This document shows, piece by piece, positions 11,781 through 21,095 of a stretch of DNA of 38,351 nt (positions within the stretch are counted from its first letter, which is position 1; the number at the start of each line of letters is the position of its first letter). The notes under the pieces were generated by a model, which searched no databases, was not told the DNA's origin, and was given only the letters and a program-made list of their open reading frames with translations. The stretch spans positions 44,513,880 through 44,552,230 of the forward strand of contig NC_068981.1 in assembly GCF_001194135.2 (NCBI RefSeq), given 5' to 3'. The DNA comes from Octopus bimaculoides (lineage: Eukaryota). The translations under genes were made by a program, and so were the position numbers.

Positions 11781-13065
11781 ATTCAGTAGTATTATTTTAT
11801 CACGTGCTTTCACTTCACTACCTAGCGCAGCTCTGAGTGCCTGTCTTTGTAATTTGGAAGTTCTGTCTTTGTAATTTGGAAGATTTTCCATCTCTTTTAG
11901 AGAAACTTTGTCATCTGTTGGTATTGATACATCGATTAGAAAGCATATTTTTTCTTGATGAACTCTGACAACTATATCTGGCCTATTGGTCTTTATTTCT
12001 CTATATGTGTGTGTTGGCATATCCCATAGTATGGTTACATTCTGATTTTCAGTGACCTTTTCTGGCGTGTGCCTATACCATCTTTTTGCTGTTGTTATTC
12101 CATAGTGTTGGCCTAGCTTCCAGTCTATGTAGGTCCCAACTCTGTCATGTCTGTGAATATATTTCTTCTTAGCCAGGACTGGACAGTCAGAGACAATATG
12201 AGTTATTGTATCTTGTATATCTCCACATATTCTGCAGTTACTTGTGTTTCTTTTCATTATATGTTTTTGGTAAAATCCACTGTGGAGGCTTTAGTTTTGT
12301 GCTGCAATTAAAAATCCTTCAGTTTCTGCTTCGAGTACTGAGCTTCTCAACCATTGTGATTTTGCTTTGTCTATTTCTTTTGCGTTAATTTTAACCCAGT
12401 ATTTGTCATTATACGGCCTTTCTTGCCATCGTTTTATCATTATCCGTTGCACTTCCAGTCTTAATTTGGATTTTATTTGTTTTACAGCTTTTGTTGTGTC
12501 TTCTTTTCATTCATATTTGTTACGTAATATGAATCTTTGTTTGTACTTTTCAGCTTCCTTAAAGACAGAAAATCTTTTTTTTTTTGCTTCGTTCGTGTTT
12601 TATGGCTATTTGTATTAGTTTTCCTTCCTTCTGAAGTAGTTATTTTTGTAGTCCTATGGTGCTTATTTTGTAATAGTTTTGTAGCTGTGTAAGGCCTCCA
12701 CCACCTTCTCTACGTTGCATATATAACCTTTCTATGTCAGATTTTGGGTGGTACATCCTAAATCCTGTCATTACTTTTCTTATTTTCCTGTCTATTCTGG
12801 TTATTTCATTTAGTGTCCAGTTACGGATATTGTAGGTGTAACTTATAACTGGGATAGCTAGTGTTGATACCTATTATCTTGTTTTTCGCAGTGAGCTCTG
12901 AATACTGAAGTATTAATCTAACTCGTCTATAGTATTATTTTTTGTCTCTTTCATTTGTGTGTATTGTATCGAATCTAGTTCCTTGATTCCTAAGTATTTG
13001 TATGTCAGTCTTCGGTCTAATTCTGTTATTGAATTTGCTTTGAAGAACGCTAGCCTGGTAGTTTT
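11781..13065 (-). mobile_element. R4/Dong-like retrotransposon: RT C-terminus, CCHC knuckle, RLE and 3' UTR (copy C1)
   Basis: ORF 11589-12257 has CRICGDIQDTITHIVSDC (CX2CX8HX4C), RHDRVG, TILWD, NRPDIVV and FLIDVSIPTD. Upstream are TYKYLGI (RT) and RMYHPKSDI.RLYMQRREGG.GL. The 3' terminus GTGAAAGCACGTGATAAAAATAATACTACTGAAT is nearly identical to that of copy E. Confidence 0.92.
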
Positions 13066-13725
13066 TTTGTGAGCAATCTTTGGTCCTGTGACACCATTAT
13101 GAAGACTCCAGTCTCTGCCAACATACCTGAACTTCTTTTTTCTGATAGGTTATTGCTTGATCTACATCAGCATTTCGACTTCGAAGTATATACTGACCGT
13201 GAAAAAGCTTCTGGCTCGCTCGCTCCTCAATTTGCTTCTGCCCGTTCGTTTTAGTAGTCTGCCTGTTCCACTTTGCTTGTTTTGTAGTAGCGGTTTCATC
13301 TTTGTGAACTATTTCAGGGTTAATGCCAATTTCCATTGCGAATCTGTAAGCTTTCTTGACAATAGAATGTGACATTTGGCTGCTTTCGTGTTTCCACAAA
13401 CGCTGTGGCGTCTAGTCCTCTGTACTTCTTCATTGTACTTCTAAGTACTTCATTGCTATTGTGGAGGTCTTATAGCACAGTTCTACCTGCATCATTCTTC
13501 TTCACCAATTACTTCTAAATAGGCACAGAAGATCAGCATCTGTTTTTGTTTGTTTCTTTTCTTTTCTTTTCTTCCCGTCCTGACGTTGGAGCTCTGTAAG
13601 ATTCCAGTTAATGATGTTAAAAGTATATTGGCCGACTGGAAGTGCCAGAGTGTTAATGGCTTCGATACAATTTTTAGAGTTGAGTTCAGTTTTGAGTATG
13701 AGTCGTATTCATCTGTATTTTTTAC
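13066..13725 (-). mobile_element. Related RLE-LINE fragment, late RT to pre-knuckle region (copy C2), abutting C1
   Basis: Minus strand gives IRLILKTELNSKN.IEAINTLALPV.QYTFNIINWNLTELQR, KLFHGQYILRSRNADVDQ and AETG.FIMVSQDQ. Confidence 0.8.
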
Positions 13726-13764
13726 TTCACATTAGCATTATCATTATTATTATTTTATTGCCTT

Positions 13765-14076
13765 TGCATATCTTCTAACGTTGGAGATGTACTACGGTGT
13801 TAGCTGTTAACTAACAGTGACCTAAGGTAACACCCCTTTATTTCCGAGCACCATCCGAAATATTCGAACGGTTTCCAGCAGTGCTGCTTTCTGTAAATCC
13901 TCCACCCTTATTGCAATCCCTATTTGTTCCATGTACTTCTCAAGATTTTTAATCTCTTCCCAGGGCTCTGACAACTATTGGTCTTACTACCATCTCTTTC
14001 AGTGACCACGACTGCTTAACCAGCCAAGCTAACCCGTCATATCTATAGAATTTTCTTTCTTCCTTATCAGATACCA
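13765..14076 (-). mobile_element. RLE-LINE 3' end fragment (copy D)
   Basis: KEERKF.RYDGLAWLVKQSWSLKEMVVRPIVVRALG, then EKYMEQIGIAIRVEDLQKAALLETVRIFRMVLG, then 3' UTR and an AAT tail. Confidence 0.8.
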
Positions 14077-14197
14077 TTTTGTTGTTGTTGTTGTCATTCT
14101 TCTTCTTCTTCTTCTTCTTCTTCTTCTTCTTCTTCTTCTTCTTCTTCTTCTTCTTCTTCTTCTTCTTCTTCTTCTTCTTCTTCTTCTTCTTCTTCTT

Positions 14198-14252
<55 letters not shown>
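14077..14252. repeat. (TTG)n(CTT)n(ATT)n compound microsatellite
   Basis: Directly visible; source of the spurious poly-K and poly-F ORFs. Confidence 0.98.
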
Positions 14253-14256
<4 letters not shown>

Positions 14257-14765
14257 ATAGTTTTATTTTTATAACGTGCTTTCACTTCACTACCGGGCGC
14301 AGCTCTGTGTGACTTGAGTATGTACTGTGGTTTGCTGTAATGCTCTTATGGTTACTGTATTGAAAGTGTTTTGCGTAGGATGTGTGCAGTGTCCAGTAGT
14401 GCAATTTTCTGTATGCTATATATATTTGTAAGTCCTGGTGTTTTTGTTATGTATTCGTCCGAATAGTTTTTAATCATACCTAATGTGCCTACTATGATAG
14501 GAATTGTTTCTGTCTTTAGATTCTACATTGGATTTAGCTCTATTTCCAGGTCTTTGTATTTTGAAAGTTTCTCTATTAGAAAGCATTTCTTTTCTTCGTG
14601 ATCTCTGACAACTATATCTGGCCTATTAGCCTTAGTTTCTCTATCTGTGTGTATTGGCATATCCCAGAGTATGGTTGCTTTCTTGTTTTCTGTGACCTTT
14701 TCTGTTGTTATTCCATAGTGTTGGCATAGCTTCCAGTGTATGTAGGTCCCAGCTCTGTCGTGTAT
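14253..14765 (-). mobile_element. R4/Dong-like RLE domain plus complete 3' UTR (copy E), same family as C1
   Basis: HDRAGTYIHWKLCQHYGITT...TILWDMPIHTDRETKANRPDIVVRDHEEKKCFLI...KYKDLEIE, then IPIIVGTLGMIK and QKIALLDTAHILRKTLSIQ. The 3' end runs directly into (AAT)n. Confidence 0.92.
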
Positions 14766-14929
14766 TATTATCAGCATGATCATGACCATCCTGAACAACA
14801 CCACCACCATCACCATATCCTACTCTTCCCCTCTTCCTTTTTCTCCTCCTCCTTCTCCTCCTCCTTCTCCTCATCCTCATAATCTTCGTCGTTGGCGGCG
14901 TCGTTATAATTATTATTACTATAAACTAT

Positions 14930-15143
14930 ATCTGATCTCAGCACAAGACCTGCCATTTTCAGGCGAAGAGGCAATTCGATAACATCTACTCTAGTACGTG
15001 TCAGGTACTTAATTTTATCATACTCTAACAGATTAAAGCAAAGTGGACCTCTGTGGGATTTGGATAAAAAAAAAATAAGGAGCCAGATGAAATGCCGCTA
15101 AATATTTGTCCGACGTTCCAATTATTTCCCCAGCTCACTGCCT
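14930..15143 (-). mobile_element. Degenerate tRNA-derived CORE-type SINE (octopus OR-like, from recall)
   Basis: The reverse complement reads AGGCAGTGAGCTGGGGAA...AAATCCCACAGAGGTCCACTTTGCTTTAATC...GATAAAATTAAGTACC...GGTCTTGTGC, resembling the head and CORE domain of octopus CORE-SINEs as I recall them. Confidence 0.6.
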
Positions 15144-15154
15144 AAATGAATAAA

Positions 15155-15392
15155 GAAGAATAATGATGATAATGATGATGATTATAAAGTAAATGAATAA
15201 ATGAATATATAAATAATAATAACAATAACGAAGAGGATGACGAGAAGGAAAAAGATCGAAAAGGAGGCAGACGAGAGACAAATGAAGCATGAAGATGGCT
15301 GGAATGATAAAATTGGAGGAGGAGGAGGAGGTGGTGGAGGGGTAGAAGAAGAGAAAAAGAAGATGTAGCAGCACAACAGTAGCAGCAGTAGC

Positions 15393-15447
<55 letters not shown>

Positions 15448-15470
15448 AACGACAACGAAGAAGATGAAGC
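15155..15470. repeat. Compound low-complexity trinucleotide tract (GAT/AAT/GAG/TAG)
   Basis: Directly visible. Confidence 0.9.
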
Positions 15471-16324
15471 AGGTGGGGAATGAAGGTAATGCCATTAAGT
15501 GTCTGTCACTTCTACTTAATTTCAAACGGTCTTCAGAAATCGGAGGAAGTCCGATAAAAAATGTTGCCTTTAGGTGTGAGGCGCTTTAAAAGCAAATTTA
15601 AGATATCTATTTTTTTTAACCTGGTAGACAGATAGTTATTTGATATCAGTGTCTTTGTAAGAGACGCGCATTTAGCATATTGGCTTGTTTCGTAATTAGA
15701 TAACGATTTCAGTCAAAAATAGCTTTTATCAAATGCACATGAAAATCTCCAAATATTGACACGTGTCATTTGAAAGAACTAAGGAAATTCATTGTTCCCG
15801 ACAAATATTTGCTGAGAATTAGGCGTGATTGACACACTCCCAGTCAAACGCATGCACGCACGAAAGCACACACGCATAGATATAGATATAATTACGGTTG
15901 ATCTGTAAGATACCATATTGTTTGCTGACCATATGAGGATGGCGACCGTGATTTCGTTAATATTGCTTTTAAAATGTGGCAAGTGAACATCTGCAGAAAA
16001 GCCAAGAGTAAGAAGATATTGAAGATGGTGGATATTCTGACATTCTGGTTTTACTTGGAATTCGTTACACAGTGGGTCCGGTCGCAACACGTGTGAAGTG
16101 GAAATTTGTCTGGGTTGGATTGCCTTTGTGATGGTGGCACGATAGAGGTAATGTAATGACGTATGTTCTACGATGTTGGCCGGTCTCAGTGTACAATAGA
16201 AAGACAGAGATGAAAGCACGAGTGCATCTTAAGCCTCCAATATTTCCTTTAGTGTCTAAATGCAAATCAGTCTGAATACAGTACAACTCGTATATTTTTG
16301 CTAGTATTGCTGTCGTTTCTAGTA

Positions 16325-16423
16325 TTGATATAAACACGAGCGTTACCATTATTACTACTGTTATTACTACTATTAATATTATCGGCGTCGATGTTTGTAA
16401 TAATAATAATAATAATAATAATA

Positions 16424-16521
<98 letters not shown>

Positions 16522-16615
16522 AAGTAGTAGTAGTAGTAGTAGTAGTAATAATAGTAGTTGTAGTAGTGCTAGTAGGGTCAGTAGTAGTGTTAGTATTAGC
16601 GGTGGTAGAGGAGGT
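16325..16615. repeat. (AAT)n(TTA)n(TAG)n compound microsatellite
   Basis: Directly visible; the strand switch from AAT to TTA near 16425 makes it locally palindromic. Confidence 0.97.
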
Positions 16616-16616
16616 G

Positions 16617-17000
16617 GTGTGGAAGCGAAATGACCCAGTGGTTAGGGCAGCGGACTCGCGGTCATAGCATCGCGGTTTCGATTCCCAGACCGGGCGTTGT
16701 GATTGGTTATTGAGCAAAAACACCTAAATCTCCACGAGGCTCCGGCAGGGGATGGTGGCGAACCCTGCTGTACTCTATCACCACAACTTTCTCTCACTCT
16801 TTTTTCCTGTTTCTGTTGCGCCTGTAATTCAAAGGGTCAGCCTTGTCACACTGTGTCACGCTGATTATCTCCGAGAACTACGTTAAGGGTACATGTGTCT
16901 TTGGAGTGCTCAGTCACTTGCACGTTAATTTCACGAGCAGGCTGTTCCGTTGATCGGATCAACTGGAAGTCTCGACGTCGTAAAGGACGGAATGCCAACA
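16617..17000 (+). mobile_element. Near full-length tRNA-derived SINE
   Basis: Pol III A box TGACCCAGTGG at 16631-16641 and B box GGTTTCGATTCC at 16674-16685, with a tRNA-like GGACTCGCGGTC segment between them. The 3' part is repeated at 4345-4472. Confidence 0.85.
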
Positions 17001-17462
17001 AGATGAGGTGGTGTTAGTGATGTTATTTTGCATTAGTGGTTGGAGTGTTAATAATAGTACGGTTTTCAGTAATGGTAATATTGCCGTTGGTGTTAGTATT
17101 GATATTATTCCTATTCCTATTAGTAGTTGAAGTATATGTATTATTGTTGTTAGTATTGGTGTGCCTATCAGTGATTGCGTCGGTTTCAGGTGTAATCCCC
17201 TCAGAGGTTGGGATTATATTATGTATGTTTAAGTTGCCTAAAGTGGTCGGGCCATGGGTGCCAGATATGTTATTGCGATCGATGTTAGTGTTTTCATTGT
17301 CGCTGGTAGCGTTGTATGTATTTAGATAGGAGCTAAGTTTACGTTTATTAGATGAGGTAATTATAGACTCTATATATGTGGTGTAGATGAATAGGATAAT
17401 TTCAAAGTGGATCTGTTATCTCTCTGCCTGCATGCCTACCAGTTTGTCTGTCAGTCTGTCTA

Positions 17463-17469
17463 TCAATCA

Positions 17470-17541
<72 letters not shown>

Positions 17542-17545
17542 CTAT
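17463..17545. repeat. (ATCT)n tetranucleotide microsatellite
   Basis: Directly visible; a second array lies at ~18715-18769. Confidence 0.97.
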
Positions 17546-18018
17546 TTATCTCTTTATAAATGAATGGTGTATATAACTATGTATGTATTAATAGACAGAT
17601 ACAGACAAAAGCAGGCAAGTCAGCTGACAGATGGATAGATAAATAGATAGTCAGATAAGTGGACAAACAAATATGTCGCATTTTGCCCGAAAAGCTGTTG
17701 TTTTTATGCCCATTAAAATATAGCATGTTAAGTCTATTAGTTACTCAATATTTACATTTCTAGGTCTTCGACAAAAATTCGAGACATATCGACTCCAAAT
17801 CAATATTTCGATTCTACCTTCTTCGTTTCTTCACTTAATCGCATTGTATATATATNNNNNNNNNNNNNNNNNNNNNNNNNNNNNNNNNNNNNNNNNNNNN
17901 NNNNNNNNNNNNNNNNNNNNNNNNNNNNNNNNNNNNNNNNNNNNNNNNNNNNNNNNNNNNNNNNNNNNNNNNNNNNNNNNNNNNNNNNNNNNNNNNNNNN
18001 NNNNNNNNNNNATATGTA

Positions 18019-18071
<53 letters not shown>

Positions 18072-18717
18072 GTTTGTGTATGTATGCATATATGTATATA
18101 TATGCATGTATATACATATATATGGATACATATGTGTGTGCCTCTATATATAAATTAACATTCTTAACTACACAGTAAATACATACAATTTACGTAAACC
18201 AGACTTCAATATTTTTTATATTCATCTTCTTTATTCTCCCACATATAGTAGATGTGCTGAACAGTATTTTAAATGAAGTGAAACAAAAAATATACCCATG
18301 CATTACGTCAGTGAAATGTCGAATTAATTGGATGTCCGTTATACATTTTGCATCTGTATACTTTATATCTCGTTATTTCATTTAATATCTTCCTGCATTG
18401 AACACTCCTTAATGTATCAATCAATCATTCTTTATATAATACTACACTTCACCAACTACGTATAAGAATACCTATTGTAAAAGAGCAGTCAGAACTTTGT
18501 CTATGGGGAAAATGTGTTGCTCATATGTATTTTTGGACCGTGTATATACAGCTAGTGACGCTCGTAAGTATCTCAATTATTTTACAGCAATCTATTGTGT
18601 AAGATACCAATTGATAATTCAAATATAAAGAATATTTTTTCATACAATCATATATATATATATAGTAAGGTTATACAAGGTATTGTTATCTAGGGGTCTT
18701 TTATTTATATGTGTCTG

Positions 18718-18769
<52 letters not shown>

Positions 18770-18794
18770 ATGTATTATGAATTTATGGAATAAA

Positions 18795-19228
18795 ATTCCA
18801 TAAAACCAATCAATTTTGGTAAAAATGGAGGAGACACGTTGTTAAAATTTATAACAAGTTCAATTCTTGTAGGCGATCGTTTCGTGTAGAGATATAATAA
18901 TAATATAAATTCATGACAAAATCAAATTAATGAAATATCAACGTACTCTTCAGTGCAGGAAGGTAAGAAAACATAAGGAACGAATACCAATATGACGTTC
19001 CTAGATCCAATTTTTTCTGCTATATTCCTTATGAAGTTCCTTGTATTACGATTTTCTTTCCTTCCTGCACTGAAGAGTACCTTGATATTTAATTAATTTA
19101 ATTCAGTCATGAAGTTAGTTTATTATTATAACTCTGTACGAAACGATCAGGTGTAAGAATTAGACTTCTGATAAATTATAACAGCTTATCTCCTCTATTT
19201 TTAACACAATTGATGGGATTTATGGAAT
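18795..19228. repeat. Long inverted repeat (foldback) with ~180-bp arms, each carrying a degenerate hammerhead core; probable Penelope pLTR-derived element
   Basis: Arm 18795-18972 aligns with the reverse complement of 19051-19228. Shared blocks include GTACTCTTCAGTGCAGGAAGG, GATCGTTTCGT, TATAATAATAA and AAAAAT.GAGGAGA. Confidence 0.88.
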
Positions 19229-19387
19229 ACAGTTCCTCATATAATATATACTAGTACTACTTTTGTACATTCGAAAATTTACGCCTGTAAATTCGCAGCA
19301 AAATATGAAGAATACACATTAGAAAATCTTTTTGGGAAACCTTCAATTAAAGGACGAATCGACTTGCAATATTTATACACCTACAAT

Positions 19388-19424
<37 letters not shown>

Positions 19425-19764
19425 NNNNNNNNNNNNNNNNNNNNNNNNNNNNNNNNNNNNNNNNNNNNNNNNNNNNNNNNNNNNNNNNNNNNNNNNNNNN
19501 NNNNNNNNNNNNNNNNNNNNNNNNNNNNNNNNNNNNNNNNNNNNNNNNNNNNNNNNNNNNNNNNNNNNNNNNNNNNNNNNNNNNNNNNNNNNNNNNNNNN
19601 NNNNNNNNNNNNNNNNNNNNNNNNNNNNNNNNNNNNNNNNNNNNNNNNNNNNNNNNNNNNNNNNNNNNNNNNGATAGATAGATACATTCACACGCGCGCA
19701 CGCGCACACACATACATACACTTATATATATATACGTGTATCTGTGTCTTTTCTCTTACGTTTC

Positions 19765-19960
19765 CTTTTGTCTTTCAGTCTTTTTTGACTGCGGCCATGA
19801 TAGAACACCACCTTTAGTCGAACAAATTGACCCCAGGACTTATTCTTTGTAAGCCTAGTACTTATTCTATCGGTCTCTTTTGCCGATACGTCACGGCGAT
19901 GTATCCACACAACATCGGTTGTCAAGCGATGGTGGTTAGACAAACACAGACACACACATA
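19765..19960 (-). mobile_element. 3' half of an octopus-type SINE (CORE-like block plus LINE-like tail)
   Basis: The reverse complement reads CCATCGCTTGACAACCGATG...GGCAAAAGAGACCGATAGAATAAGTACTAGGCTTACAAAGAATAAGTCCTGGGGTCAATTTGTTCGACTAAAGGTGGTG...CATGGCCGCAGTC...GACTGAAAG. I recognise this from recall as an abundant Octopus SINE 3' module. Confidence 0.75.
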
Positions 19961-20579
19961 TATAGACATATATAAAGTTTGTTCTTGTTATGTTATCCAA
20001 TGCAGTACATGTTTATTATACTTTTTACAAGACGGTGACAGTGAATTCGAAGTTAAAGCCTCCATTCACAATAAACGATCATCTTAATACACTGAAAAAC
20101 CAGCGAAAATCTGCCATAAGTCAGGCTGGTACTTACGTAAATAAATTGTTGCTGTGATCACTAAATTTTAGTATATTTTACATGAAACTGGTTCGAAACA
20201 GGCGATAATGAAATATATTCATCTTAATAATATTTTGAAACTACTTTTCATGAACTAAATTTTCAGTTTTCCTAAGATTTCGTTGTGAAATAGAGCGTTC
20301 TTAGCGAGACTGAAGAACAAGCCGACTGATCTCATGTTAAAACTTTCCAATAATGATGCTGGTGAACACATAAAATAATGTGATATTGAATACTGGGCCA
20401 TTAATACCTTCCTATAAACAGTTGCTATTATTGCTAAAGAACACTTACCGAAAACTTACACTGCACGTGTTAATGGAATTACTAAACGGAATAAAACAAG
20501 TTGGACAACAAGGACTGCAGAAAATATCCAAAACCTGTGCAGTTTTATTGGATGGTTAAACGTTTATAAAATATAAAGG

Positions 20580-21095
20580 AAATAATGAGACCACACCTCG
20601 ACAATCACATGAAAAAGGTAACAAAACTGTGCGGTGATTCTTTATTGAATGCTTTTGAGAGTAAGAGGGTCAATTATATGAAGGCACGCACTCAACACTC
20701 TCTCGTGAAAAATCTTTGTTCTCGTAGAAAAAAAAAAACCAAAAAATTTCAAGCGAGCCAGTATAAATTACAAGTTTACGTTCTATCTACATAAGAAAGC
20801 TTTGCTCCATATCTTGAATCATTATGTTCTAAGAACCGGAACGAAAAGAGAAATTTCATTGAGTGAAAGGCGAAAAATTTGGTCAAATGCTTCGAAAACA
20901 TCAGCTCAAGTAACTAGCTTATAAATTTAAATTTATACCAATGATAATTGGTGCACTTGATTCTGGTATAGAATACCGAAATGAAAATCTACAGAAGCTA
21001 GGTTTCTCAGAACATATTAAGAAACTAACATGGACATTACAAGGCAATCTGTAAATACAAGAATATAGTTAGTGAAGACTTTTCTAAATTGCAAC
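20580..21095 (+). mobile_element. Degenerate RLE-type non-LTR retrotransposon 3' remnant, a different family from the 9-15 kb copies
   Basis: Frame at 20879-21054 reads FGQMLRKHQLK*LAYKFKFIPMIIGALDSGIEYRNENLQKLGFSEHIKKLTWTLQ, matching the terminal IP.IIGALG motif of RLE domains. Confidence 0.6.

Noticed and set aside
15779-16349. 146-aa minus ORF, and a plus-strand MATVISLILLLKCG signal-peptide-like stretch with a possible GC donor
   Set aside because: No homology recognised; short hydrophobic runs are expected by chance in AT-rich DNA.
16617-16700. Possible bona fide tRNA gene
   Set aside because: A and B boxes are present but there is no full cloverleaf, and it continues into a repeated body, so it is a SINE head.
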